Translations under genes and position numbers: made by a program
Source: Nemertoderma westbladi
Taxonomy: Eukaryota > Animalia > Xenacoelomorpha
DNA length: 59,102 nt
Reading direction: 5' to 3'
Assembly (NCBI GenBank): GCA_032718475.1
Contig: JAUCBJ010009118.1
Location: 1-59,102, forward strand
The notes under the pieces: generated by a model
The model's database searches: none
What the model saw: only the letters and a program-made list of their open reading frames with translations
What the model was told of the DNA's origin: nothing
Part shown: piece after piece, positions 33,634 to 46,485 of the stretch
Numbering within the stretch: the first letter of the stretch is position 1
Layout of the letters: each line of letters opens with the position of its first letter

Positions 33634-35289
33634 CTATATACACAATTTAACGTGTCCCCAGACCCTCACGAGCCCGCCGCCGCCTGTTAGGGGCACCCCT
33701 ATAGAGACCTCACCTCCTTGGGCACCCCTTTGTGTATTTACTAATTTATCGCATTCTAGCGCGATACTTTGCTGCACTTCTTGCAACTCTAGCCTACTTT
33801 CCCTTACTGTGCCTTTGAATTGTTGAACAGTCTCCTGCATCTGTCCGAGCAGGAGATCCATCCCCCGTCGTCTCTCATCCACCCATTCGACCGCCGAAGC
33901 GGGATTCGCCAACGTTGTAGCGGGCGGACGAGGGACAACGGGCGACAAATCATGAATATTTCGGTCGGAGTCTAGGGTATGAACTGTCTCACGGACTGTT
34001 CTGCTGGGCACAGGTAGCTTAGTGCTGTGCAAAGGGAATTGAGAAGTAGGTTCAGGGAGTACAGGTGTCTCTACGACCGAAAGGGTGGCTTCGGGAACAG
34101 GCCTAATTATTTCAGGCTCATCTACTATAGTAGGGAGTCTCTCTATTGTAATTGTTTGGTCTGTGGGTTCTGTACTACCTAAGTTGGTGTTATTTAGTTG
34201 CCTTCTAACAGCTGGAGGCAAATCAGGCAATTTCTGACGGTGGAATGTTCTTTTGCGTCTGCTTAGATGAGATCTATTTCCTTTGCCTTCAGTGTCGGTG
34301 GTATCGCCTTCCTCAGATGATGTATATCCCTGTCTTTTGGGAGTAGATCGATTCATCATCTGCATATTACTAGCTGTTAACTGTTTATTTATGCAGTCTT
34401 GATTCTCCTGAATATTTTCCAATTCCAATTGGGCAATCTCTTCAGCCGCTATCCGCTCCGCTTCTGCCGCTGCCTTTGTCGCTTTTCTTTCCCTTTCGGT
34501 TGCCTTTCTTTTCGCTTCTGTCTCTGCCGCTGCCGCTTTTCTTTCCGCTTCGGCTGCCTTACTTTCCTCTTCGGCTGCCTTCCTTTCGGCTTCTGCAGCT
34601 GCTACTGCTGCTTTCTTTCTGTCTTCTATGCGTTTTTTCTTAACCCTTTCTTCTTGGTCTCTAGCGATGCGGAGTTGTTCATCGAATTTAGCTTGGTTCG
34701 CCGCTAACCTATCCACATCAATTGCGTCCAACACAAGCTGGGCTCCTTCACTATTAGGGCTAAGCCCCTCTAGTCTTCTCCTCAACTCTTCATCTCCTAC
34801 AAAACGTTGATAGTCTGACAGATAGATGTCAATGGCATCCCTCTTATGCGGTTTCTCTGCCGTCGCTTCACTTTCCACTTGGGAAAAAGTAGCGTCTGTT
34901 GATTCTTCATAGGTTGGCCGTTCATCATAAACCATATCCGCCATCTTCGCTCCGCGTTCGGGCGTCCACTCAACAGTATCCGAACTACTGGAGCTGTCGG
35001 ACCGCTGAGAAATAAGTTCTTGGCTCGCGGGTTGTTGCTGTTCCGCTGCTTCTTGGTCTCGCTTGACCTGAGCTCGAGTGCCTATGATAGACCTACGATG
35101 TTGGACCAGCCTCGGTTCTGTTATTACTACTGTAGGGATGACCTTGCTTACAGTAGGAGGGGACTTGGACTTTGGTCTTAGACGCTCAATACTCTTAGCT
35201 GAGTCCCAGATCTTTTTAAGACCCTGTCTAACACTCATTCTAGCACTTTCTAAGAGGCTATCTGACAATGTTTGTTTTGTGTCAGACAT
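33634..35289 (-). CDS. 551-aa coiled-coil/disordered ORF of the LTR element (probable gag N-terminal part or separate ORF0)
   Basis: A long ORF starting at ATG, with an Ala/Glu/Lys/Arg-rich helical tract (AEAERKAA repeats). It is on the same strand as gag and upstream of it. Confidence 0.7.
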   Translation of the reverse strand: MSDTKQTLSDSLLESARMSVRQGLKKIWDSAKSIERLRPKSKSPPTVSKVIPTVVITEPRLVQHRRSIIGTRAQVKRDQEAAEQQQPASQELISQRSDSSSSSDTVEWTPERGAKMADMVYDERPTYEESTDATFSQVESEATAEKPHKRDAIDIYLSDYQRFVGDEELRRRLEGLSPNSEGAQLVLDAIDVDRLAANQAKFDEQLRIARDQEERVKKKRIEDRKKAAVAAAEAERKAAEEESKAAEAERKAAAAETEAKRKATERERKATKAAAEAERIAAEEIAQLELENIQENQDCINKQLTASNMQMMNRSTPKRQGYTSSEEGDTTDTEGKGNRSHLSRRKRTFHRQKLPDLPPAVRRQLNNTNLGSTEPTDQTITIERLPTIVDEPEIIRPVPEATLSVVETPVLPEPTSQFPLHSTKLPVPSRTVRETVHTLDSDRNIHDLSPVVPRPPATTLANPASAVEWVDERRRGMDLLLGQMQETVQQFKGTVRESRLELQEVQQSIALECDKLVNTQRGAQGGEVSIGVPLTGGGGLVRVWGHVKLCI

Positions 35290-36659
35290 GTTTGTTTGAT
35301 TGTACAGTTGAATGCCTACTGCTATATTACAGTCTAAGCAAGTCTAGTAATTCAGCATTAACTGCTAGCCTAGTAATTAATTACCGATACTGCTACTCAG
35401 TGTAGCGTGATATATATATATAATATATTAGAATACCGGTATGCTTATGGTATATAGAAGTATTATTACAGACTAGGTTTTTCACAAAATACCGGTATAT
35501 AATTTTAGCACAAAAATATATATAAATATATAATAGGCCTATCGTGGATACCGGTATGCAGTTTACACTTATAGTATATATAAGTATAATTATTAACTAA
35601 AATTAATTACAGAATACCGGTATGATTTCAACCTAAAATTTATAGAAATAAATATAATAAGCCTATTGTAAATACCGGTATGTCAATTATTTTAGAATAA
35701 TTGAATTTCTGAATTTTAAGGGTTACTTGGTTACTTTAACTTACTTTATTACCGTTATTTAAGCAGTAGTCCAACTGATATTGAGACCTAATTGTTGTAT
35801 GGCAGGCCTACTATTTATAAATCGTTTGAGTTGATTTATAATATATATACCCGTTTTAATGGGTTTTGTCAATGTTTGAAATAAATGTTATTATTTCTGG
35901 GGAGTAATCACTACACAAAGCGGTGCGCTTTCAGTGAAGTGTTACTTATAGGACACTAAAACAAATAATTCTAATTTACCTAAGTTACTTAATACTACAA
36001 ATTACGTACGATTCGGGTTGAGATTACAATCTCTAAATAAACACAAAAATTTACAAAAAACACAAAATACGAATTTTTAGGGTAATTTTACAAGAAGTCT
36101 ACAAACCAGCCTAACAAAGGGTTAGAAATCTGGTTATTACAACGGACAGGGTACTGCGGTATTTGAAAATAATACGTAGTAGTAAATACACTGCGTTGTC
36201 CAGATAGGAAAATACCACCGCCTGACGACCTATAGCCGTATCGCTATAGGTACTACGTTATGTATCACGGAGTGTCCCTACCTAGAAGTTAATAGAGCTA
36301 ATCGAACATGCCTATCAACCACTTTACAACACAAATATAATGCCTACACTAATTACTTTCGGAAAGCACTGTACACTAAACCCTAAATTAGGTACGAGTA
36401 CTTGTACAACATATAATCAGTAGTTAAATATACTTGAACAGCTAAAAGAACCACGGCATCTGCTGGAGTGACCGGTGCACAAAATCACCAGTCTTTACCT
36501 ACGCCAAGCAGCCCGTGTAGTACCGGGGTTAGTTTAACTATAACGGTATGTATAACAAACACAATTACTGTAGGAACAAACTTGGGGATATGAATGTTGC
36601 GAATAATCGCATAAACTCTGAATAATAAATATTACGCTACGCGTACAAACTACTCAAAC

Positions 36660-37195
36660 AAAATGCAGACCAAATACTGACAGACTACTATCAAGCCTAA
36701 ATAAACTACAGGACATGCAGACTCCGAAATGATTAGGTAGTATGCGTTCTAACCCAGTAGTACGACTTATTCTTTAGATGGGGGTTTACCTTACAGCTTT
36801 GGCTGCCCCTACTTCCTAACCGTTCTTTATCGGACAGAGGCTCTACACACACTGCAATCCTTCAGACCTAATAACAGCCAGACAACTATCCAGCCTACAA
36901 ATTATCTAAATAAATATTATACGCTACCTGTACAGACTACACAAACAAAGTACAGACTAAACGATGGCAGACTACTCTCAAGCCTAAATAAACTACAGGA
37001 CATGCAGACTCCGAAATGATTAGGTAGTATGCGTTCTAACCCAGTAGTACGACTTATTCTTTAGTTGGGGGTTTACCTTACAGCTTTGGCTGCCCCTACT
37101 TCCTAACCGTTCTTTATCGGACAGATGATCTACACACACTGCAATCCGTTCAGACTTAACAGCAATCAGACAACAGCTCAGCCTACAAATTGTCT
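36660..37195. repeat. ~290-bp tandem duplication in the LTR-element leader
   Basis: CAGACTACT.TCAAGCCTAAATAAACTACAGGACATGCAGACTCCG... occurs at ~36681 and ~36968. Confidence 0.9.
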
Positions 37196-37475
37196 GTACA
37201 ATCTGATCAGGCTTACACGCCTTCTGTTCAATACTGGCCTACAAACAAATAAAACTTGACAGAAATAAGTAAAAATCTCAATAAAAAACCAGGGCTGCAG
37301 TCCCTGATTAATTATTAAGGCCTACCGGTATATAATTATCAAAATCGAATAATACTGCTGTACCTGTACTGCTGTATGTACCGGTCCGGGTGGTTAGGTA
37401 GTCAGGCCTACTTGGTACCGGTTGCCGGTACTTCAGCTTTATTGCCTACTGCAATACAGAAGCAATATCCGTTAT

Positions 37476-38664
37476 TGTTCGCGCTTTCAGACCTTTGGCA
37501 GTTTAACCCGCCAAATTAGGATGTCTTCTAGATAATAAATCACTTTTAGCCTCTGACAAGTATTTGATTCACTACACTAATCGAAACCAATCGGTGCGCG
37601 ATCATTCACCCGCTGGATATACCCGGGAGATTGGGTTCGACGGCTTAATCGTATTGCTATGTAAGCCTAATGTATTATTCGACTGACAGTATTATATAAT
37701 CTCTGACAATATTATTCACCTTCGGGGAATATTAACAGTTCCTTTAGGACGTGGCGCTCTATCTATAAACAGAGTTATGACTTAAACTACTCACAACGAT
37801 ATGGCTTAGTTACAATTCACATATATGGCGCATTCTTTAGGAAATGCTTCATTATCAGTCTCACTCATACACAACGCTGCACAATACTGCACACTAATCT
37901 GCCGATCTTCATTGATTTTAGTCACATATAAAAGGAACACAGACCGACTCATGTAGGGTCTATCGAATAACATTAGATTCACTTCAAACCACTTTAACAT
38001 AAGTCGCAATCGTTATATATAACCTGTCTCTCTTACCTTCGGTATATCAAGAATATTGGGTTTTCGGGGTTATTTCTTGTTATTCCAAATATAATAATTC
38101 ATCAACCATATTATGAAGAACCGACAGTAAATAGCAGTATAACAATATAAAAGTATGCACAGGTTGTTTGATTAGGTATGGTATGTTATGATAATGGATA
38201 TATGTCCTTATAATTAAGCCTACTAGTGTAAGGCTAAAGCAGAAAAGCACAAAATACTCCAAAGCCATTCTTCCTTGGCTCAGGACTGAATGATAACACT
38301 GCCCATAATGCATTACGTGATTTCTCGGAAATTTCTGTACAAGAGCCATAAAAACGCTCTGATTGGTTGACTGAACTGAGAGATGCCGTAGAACAAAGAA
38401 AATCGACACGTATGAATATCAGCTGCTAACCGTCGTCATAGTAACTACTGTTCAAGAGTATCTCGCTTCTTTTGCGTCACGGAATTGCCATAGAATCATC
38501 AACTATGCCTTCCACAGTACACATACGGAAGAAATAGCTCTTAGATCCTCTAAAAACACCGATACAGCAATAATACGGCCTCTTACGCCTATTAAACCAA
38601 CTACAGAGTATTTTACGGGAAAAATAAGGAAAAATAACCGGGCAATTCAGCAAAAGCTTTTACA
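37476..38664 (-). repeat. 5' LTR (1189 bp)
   Basis: Homologous to 25818-27024 over its full length, with TGT...ACA ends. Confidence 0.92.
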
Positions 38665-40229
38665 GACTGTATCACAAAATCAGGTTTTGAGAAATTTACC
38701 CACACCACCAATCAATCAAAGAAAGGGGGACAGTACGTGTTCACCCCTTTTAATCTCCCCCCCCCCCCCCCCCCACCCCTCCCAACCACCAATACATAAC
38801 CGCGACATCTACCACCCACGGAAGGGTAGCACGAACTTATTTCCAATCGCACGTTAAATATGCTAAGCCAGGTGGTTTATAGGAAAGTAATAAACGCAGT
38901 GCTCGTTTTCATTATAAGCCTCTTTGCGTTCGTCCTGTTTTGTATTTAAATATATTTCTTAAACGCAGGCTAGGACGATCTTTATAATAATAATAACTAG
39001 GGATGCGATCAATATGTGAAGCCAGGTGGTTTATATAATAATTTAGTCAACGCAGTACTCGTCTTCATTATATGCCTCGTTGCACTCGTCGCTTGTCCTG
39101 TTTGGTCATAAAATATTTTTCCTAAACGCAGACCGACGATCTTTATTCAGTTATAACTATGTGAAGTTTCGAAACTGTGCGAGTAACTGTTGATACATCT
39201 ATGTGGAGATGTGTGATATGTGGAGATGTATGATACAACGCCAACGCATCTTATGCCGATGTAGTAATATGGGTATTGAAATAATATTAATCAATGTACA
39301 CTCTTAAAGCCGCAGCGAAAAAATTTAGCTAATTTCCTAGGTTACATATAAGATAATAATATTATTTTTAAGAACATTAATTTTACTACTTTGCAAAAAT
39401 TCAATTAAAAAATAACCAGACTATACGTTGTGGAATAAACTATTTCAGAAGCCTACAACAGCCATGCCATGGATGGTATTTATGTTATTATATCTGTCAT
39501 TTACCTGAGATAGCAATACAACACTTATAGTAGAGTCAATAGGAATTGGAATACAGGAAGGATGTTAGGATGTTGGATTTAAAGAATGCTGTCTGGGCTG
39601 GAATAGCAATACTGGTTGCCTATTACAATTCCTCTCTGGTTAGTCTACAGCCACAACTCCCACCCAGCTAGCTCCACACCAGCAGAGACTTGACCAATAA
39701 TCATTCCCAGCAACTGCTGCCTTACACACACATCCTTCCATCTATGTACCAGCATGTTGCCCAATAAATGAGCAGTATTTTTTAATGAGAATCAATTTTT
39801 TACGCCGTTTTAATTACTTTAGATCAATTAAAGACACAATTATTAAAGCAAATCACTTGAACTAATAAAAAACTATAATAGAAAGGCGTATGTGGATTAC
39901 ATCTGTATAATTTTTAAGTATAATTATTTAAATCTTATACTGTAAAACAATTAATTTCCTTTAAAAGGCAGGTTGAAAATGGTGTTTTTACCGTAATCAA
40001 CTTAATTAACTAATTAACTGCTATTATCTTAGCTTCTCGAAGGCCACACGGAAATTCTACTTGGAAAATTTCTAAACTTTTGCCAAACAACATGTGTACA
40101 AAGTTTGGATAGATTTCATCAAAGATTGGCCGAGTTATTAACGTTTAAAATTGAACACGACAGAACGACAGAACGACAGGTTGATTAATGGTACCACTAC
40201 ACTAAGGCTCACTCACTTCGTGGCTCGCC

Positions 40230-40514
40230 CCACATATTTTTGAATTCACTGGTTGGGCCGTCGCTCCAAAGAATCAAACTACTCGGTGGATTATATTTAT
40301 AGATATCTGACAAATTAAGATCCAGATAATGAGCTACCTCATTTTTATACTTGTCCTTCGAATCAGAACATACAAGATAAGTGTTCTGACATTTTCCACT
40401 ATTGAAGTGTGCTCCAGTAATAAATAGTGAAACACATTGGCGTGACCATAGAGCTGATTGGGGTTCATCCTGGTATTCGCAATTGTATGACATAGCGAAG
40501 TCAAACTAAAGAAT
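40230..40514 (-). pseudogene. DDE transposase remnant (Sola2-like by recalled motifs), interrupted by a MITE
   Basis: IL(Q)FDFAMSYNCEYQDEPQSALWSR...LWSDGPTSEFKN resembles the DFxENY..QDE.Q..HW and SDG..QFKN motifs. The frame resumes at about 41702-41760. Confidence 0.6.
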
Positions 40515-41701
40515 GGGTGTAAACGTTACTCCGACAGCTGACAACCGACAACTGACACCAGAGAACCGACAGAAAACAACTGAGGGCAGACAACTCACAG
40601 TAGACAACCGACATGAGAAAACCGACAGAAAACAACTGAGGGCAGACAACTCACAGTAGACAACCGACATGAGAAAACCGACAGAAAACAACTGAAAGCA
40701 GACAACTCACAGTAGACAACCGACATGAGAAAACAACTGAGGGCAGACAACTCACAGTAGACAACCGACATGAGAAAACCGACAGAAAACAACTGAGGGC
40801 AGACAACTCACAGTAGACAACCGACATGAGAAAACCGACACGACAGAAAATTACTGAGGGCAGACAACTCACAGTAGACAACCGACATGAGAAAACCGAC
40901 AGAAAACTACTGAGGGCAGACAACTCACAGTAGACAACCGACATGAGAAAACCGACAGAAAACAACTGAGGGCAGACAACTCACAGTAGACAACGGACAT
41001 GAGAAAACCGACAGAAAACAACTGAGGGCAAATAACTCACAGTAGACAACCGACATGAGAAAACCCACAGAAAACAACTGAGGGCAGACAACTCACAGTA
41101 GACAACAGACATGAGAAAACCGACAGAAAACAACTGAGGGCAGACAACTCACAGTAGACAACGGACATGAGAAAACCGACAGAAAACAACTGAGGGCAAA
41201 TAAATCACAGTAGACAACCGACATGAGAAAACCGACAGAAAACAACTGAGGGCAGACAATTCACAGTAGACAACCGACATGAGAAAACCGACACGACAGA
41301 AAATTACTGAGGGCAGACAACTCACAGTAGACAACCGACATGAGAAAACCGACAGAAAACTACTGAGGGCAGACAACTCACAGTAGACAACCGACATGAG
41401 AAAACCGACAGAAAACAACTGAGGGCAGACAACTCACAGTAGACAACGGACATGAGAAAACCGACAGAAAACAACTGAGGGCAGACAACTCACAGTAGAC
41501 AACCGACATGAGAAAACCGTCAGAAAACAACTGCGGGTAGACAACTGACAGAAGACAACCGACATAAGAAATCCGACCTATCACACAATGGCAGCCGACA
41601 ATAGACCACATATTGAGTAAGAGATCTATGTATCTGCTGATGGTTCTCGGTTGTCTGATGTCAGTTGTGGGCTGTCAGCTGTCGTTGTAACGTTTACGCC
41701 C
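40515..41701. mobile_element. Mutator-type MITE with an internal 56-bp tandem array (~17 copies)
   Basis: TIRs GGGTGTAAACGTTAC..CGACAGCTGACA and TGTCAGCTGTCG..GTAACGTTTACGCCC. 9-bp TSD CTAAAGAAT/CTGAAGAAT. Unit GAGAAAACCGACAGAAAACAACTGAGGGCAGACAACTCACAGTAGACAACCGACAT. Confidence 0.9.
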
Positions 41702-41959
41702 CTGAAGAATAGATTTATTATCCCTATTTAGCTTGAATTCAGGTGACTGTATCCTTTTAACTCTAACATGCTCTTGAAACTCCGCTATGTTCTCAACAAG
41801 TTGATCCCGAGCTTTTCCTATACAACCATTCACTTCGACACTGACAAGGCGACCTTCATTGTCCTTTGCTGCAAGCTACGTACCACGCTATATATTTCTT
41901 ATAGTGTATATATCCTGTTTCATCATTTTTGCTACACAACCACAACCCTCAGAACTAAA

Positions 41960-42090
41960 TGTATACTCACCCCGAGGAAAATGGCATACATTTGGTATAG
42001 CATTCATGCCGAAACGAAATCTACCTTGGCCCCCAAGCCGGATCGAACCCGCGACCACCAGAGGGATGTGAATTCAAAGCAACGGATTAA
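41960..42090 (-). mobile_element. Possible tRNA-derived SINE head
   Basis: The minus strand has GGTCGCGGGTTCGATCCGGC, a Pol III B-box-like sequence. There is no complete cloverleaf. Confidence 0.35.
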
Positions 42091-44454
42091 CTATTATTAT
42101 ATTCCTTATTTTTCTTACTCTTTTGCAAATGTTCTACAAACATTTTATCTAATTATTTATAAAAAAATTTTCTAGAACATATATATTTTGTTCTAGAACA
42201 ACACATGTGGGGTCCGAAACTGGTAAGTAGTGCCAAGTCCTCCATTAAAAATTAATGTAAGCAGTGAAAACATTCTATATAATTTGTGATGGGTGGAAAT
42301 TAAGTGAAAGATACAAACGTGAAACCATTGCAGATAGCTGTGTATCATGGAAAATGTGATGACAGTGTCTCAAATAGCCGGTAGCTACGAGCCGCGGCCA
42401 ACAGCTAGTATCCTGCCAATACTACTAGCTATATTCAGTGACCACTAGCAGCATTGTGGCACATAGCTAGTAGCTATGTTATATCATGGAAACCGGGCTT
42501 TAGTGAACTTTTTCATTCTGATCTTGTTAAATGTACACCATTCTTGTTAATAATTGGAGTGGAATATTTCTACATATTTCCTTAGATCATCATAAAATAG
42601 AGATATGGCACTTCACCTGAACAACGAATTCATGGTTAGACCAAACCTAAACATCTGCTGGAGACAACACACGACAAACGCCGAGCTTTTTGGTTCAGCA
42701 CCACCTGTATCAACCACCACCACCATGAGCGTGGAATATTTATTGGTTGGCACTGCTGGATAAGTATAGCCGAGCTCATACATTGACGTTATATTAAACT
42801 TGTAAACGTATAAATAGTCGTATATTATGGTGACGAACATTATCAGATTACAGACCTTACGAGATCTATACAATGTTAAACTATTCTAAGAAAGGGGGAC
42901 TGTTGACGCAAATAACAACCGATTGCTCCCAAAAATAAAAGCGTAACCTTATGTATTGACTTTATTTTATTGGTTTGGTTAGTATAACGTGCCGCTTTAT
43001 TAATTTGCCAAGATGTGATTTGCGTCAATCCCCATTCAAGCCCCCCCCCCCCCCCCCCCGTCTTACTACGCCATATTCAATATCGGTAACGCGATAGTCA
43101 GACTTACCTTTACCCACAGCTCCCATTTGCCTTTATCATTGTTGTATTTTTAATATTAAATGTAAAAGTAAAACTATAATAAATAAAACAATAGTTTCAA
43201 CACTAAAAATTGAATTACAGTATGTTTGGAAAACGTTGAACAACAAAAAAATGTTGTTGCTACTGATAAATGGGCAGCTTTTCAGCTGAAGCCGTGTTAG
43301 TTGCAACCACACACTATTAATATGGATAGGTCGATTTTATGGAGAGACATACTAATTCGTATTTCTGAATAATTCCCCTTAGAATGAGAAGATATGTGGG
43401 CAATGCGGATTAAATGTATGTTTCGACCAGTAGTGGTGCTCTATCGCAGCGCTACCCGCCAATCAGCCTAGAAGCCAGACACTAATGACAAGGAATTGAA
43501 GCCATGATAAGGGGCCTTCCAAACGCTTCTTTTGGGCGTCACTTAGAAATGCAATTATTATTAATCTTTAATGTTGACCTTCGAATGAATAGTTAATAAT
43601 TCGGATCCAGCTGTTATAGCCGCAGTGGGTTTTGTTTTTTAATTCGTATCAATCCTTGGCATTCCATTTTTCTTATTGCTTTTTTTCTACCCACCTCCGA
43701 AACTTGTCCGAACAGTGGGATGGGAAATAGGTTAATCTATCAATGAAGATATACCAATACCATTGCTATTTAATCTAAAATTATGCTTTATGAATAGAAA
43801 ATGAATAGTTAACTCTAGCCCTCAGATAGCTTCTTTCGACGCATCCCTCTCCAGGGAAAAATCGACGCAAATAACAGCTGAATAAATTGGTAATTTAACT
43901 TTGTGACGAAATATTATTTCGCCGAGATGGGATTGCGTCAAGTTAATTATAGTTAAATTATTAAATTAATTTACCATGGTAATGACTGCGAAATAATTTA
44001 GCTAATTCTAGGGACTCACAAAAGTAATAATATTTTTATGAACATTAAATTTCACTAACACGGAATCGTACAGGAATATCTTGTAACTCATATTCCTTTA
44101 ATAAGTTAATATCAAGATAATAAGATATAAGTTATACCCTCATTCGATCAGGTGGGAACTGATTCCTTGCGTGAATATAGTAATTAAATAATTAGCATCA
44201 GAAAAGAGACTGGAATTCAGACTAAATTCAATGGGGTAAATTATGTTTAGATTAATTAAACACAACAAAAAGCACAAGACAAAATTGATTAATACTATTA
44301 CCCTTTGCTGGAATGCTATGGTCTCTGTCTACTATTTTAATTGGCCTGTTGCATGACACCTGCACATTGAGATGCTATGCCGTTTAACAAATATATTTGT
44401 GTCACCACAATGCAATCCACAATTGGCTTGCTAGAATTGGCTTAGTGATGCAGC

Positions 44455-45180
44455 GCGCATTAAAAATGCTATGCAGTCCTCTCGATGAAATTGCACCGCC
44501 ATAACTCCCATCCCCTATGACTTTCGCGAGATTATACGCATCTTCAATGACATTGTCCTTTTCGAAGTATCGTAAGAAAGTTATGGCCTATCCACCTTTC
44601 TTATTTTCTCAATTAGACTGCAACAGCAGAAGATTGTTCACAGGCTGGTCCTCAAAGCGAAAGCAATAATGTCCTGCGAAGCGGAGGCGGCTCTTTTCAA
44701 GGTGATGCTTGGGGGGACAAATGGAACTCTGTCAATGTTATATAGTGTTTGGTTGGAGATGTGTGCATTGTACTTGACACAGTGAACCCGGAGTAGCATT
44801 CTTGTGAATGTGCCATCCAGAGATTTGGTGTCCTCAGCAGTTAGAGCCCAGCATGGACTCCCATATAGGAGTACTGGTTCTACTGATGCTCTAAATAGTC
44901 GAACTTTAAGTTTCCGTTTTATTCTGTGTGACTTCCCAGTCCTGGAAAGCCGATTGAATTCTGCCCATGCTTTGCCCTTACTTATTCGAAGGTGTTCTTC
45001 TCCTGACTTCAGTATCCATGATCCCCGTTTGAAGAAGTCTTCCATATGCTCAAACACACCATCCTTAGAGCTATGCTCATACGTTCAGACATTTCATGAG
45101 GACTTTCGAAGTCAACTGTGAAAATTGTCGTTTTCTTCTGAGTTAACAAATAGACCAGCACTAGAAGCTGCCTATTCCAA
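44455..45180 (-). mobile_element. RTE-like LINE 3' fragment
   Basis: RISKGKAWAEFNRL...LKVRLFRASVEPVLLYGS..WALT...LDGTFTRML, the post-RT region, degenerate. Confidence 0.85.
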
Positions 45181-46019
45181 TAACAAATAGACCAGCACTA
45201 GAAGCTGCCTATTCCAATGTGTCAAGGGATCCTTCCCTGGTGGTGGCATAACTTGGGCTGGATACCATGCGGGGTACCAAGTGGATACCAAGCTGAGTGT
45301 AAGCAGATCTTATCCGCTTATCTATTCGTATCCGTCACGATACGATGTCATTCGTCCCCCCCAGCCTTAGATCAAGGTTCCTGCCATAAATTTAAATATT
45401 TCTTATAAAAACTCTAATATATCAACTATTTTCGCAACTTATCATCTGCAAACGCCATCGCGTTTCTGTGATATTATTGCATCTTATTAATGTTGTTTTC
45501 AATTTCAGTCATGAATTCCATTAGGAGGATCTCCCTCTTCCAATAATATTATGTCCGTGGCTCATTGTTAGCATGTCTGCGACTTCGTATTAACTTAATG
45601 GGTGACCTGTCAAGAATAATAATTACAACTAAGACTATTCCGGTTCAAATTACATAAAATATTTACTGTCATTCATAATAACCAATAGCAGCTGGAATTG
45701 GTGATGCACAATGATTAAAATTATCTTTGGGAATTTGTGATGCACATCACATTGATTAAAAAAAATGCAAATTTATTAGAAAAGTGAGTCACAAAATGAA
45801 AATGAATCAAACAATGCATCAATAAATGCTCAAAATGAATGCTATTTAAAATTATTTAATTTTCTATGTTAGGCCTGATATTGCATGATATTTTCACAGA
45901 AATAACGTAACCTGGACCGGCTTACCGGTACCTGGAGCGGCCGTACAGATATCACTATACTGACTTTCGTGTTAGTGAGTAATCCCAAAGCAATAAACGA
46001 CATACTACTACTAGGATCG

Positions 46020-46485
46020 GCATGCTGCATTGCAGCTGCATTTTTAAGAATGCTGTGCCGGCTTATCGACAAAATTGCACCACCACAACTCCATATCACC
46101 CATGACATTTGCTAGATCATCCGCATATTCAAGGCCAGTGTCCTTTAAGATGCGTCTCAAGAAAGTCATGGGCTGTCCACCATGCTTATTCACTCCATGA
46201 GGCTGCCAAAGTTCAAGATTATGCACTGGCTGGTCCTCAAGGCGAAAGCAATGTCCTGCAAAGCGGAGGCGATTTTATTCTAGTGTCAAGGTTGGGGGAA
46301 CAAATGAGACACCTCCAATGTTATATAGTGTCTGGTTGGAGATGTGTGCATTGTACTTGACACAATGAACCCGGCATAGCATTCTTGTGAATGTGCCATC
46401 CAGAGATTTTGTGTCCTCAGCAGTTTGAGCCCAGCATGGATTGCCATAGAGGAGTACTGGAACTACTGCTGCTCTAAATAATAGG
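46020..46485 (-). mobile_element. Second RTE-like LINE 3' fragment (a third short piece lies at ~48063-48120)
   Basis: Near-duplicate of 44640-44900 (LFRAAVVPVLLYGNPCWAQTAEDTKSLDGTFTRML). Confidence 0.85.

Larger units (their letters stand above)
25818..38664 (-). mobile_element. BEL/Pao LTR retrotransposon, internally deleted and non-autonomous
   Basis: Direct ~1.2-kb LTRs with TGT...ACA ends. The gag has the BEL-type triple Zn knuckle, followed by a DSG protease and an RNaseH-end remnant. No RT core or integrase is visible. Confidence 0.9.

Noticed and set aside
40506-41611. Cys/Ser/Val-rich ORFs
   Set aside because: They are translations of the 56-bp array inside a MITE.
42605-42873. Short ORFs near 42.6-42.9 kb, and similar ones at 39.5-39.8 kb, as host exons
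   Set aside because: No recognisable motifs and no consistent chain of splice sites.
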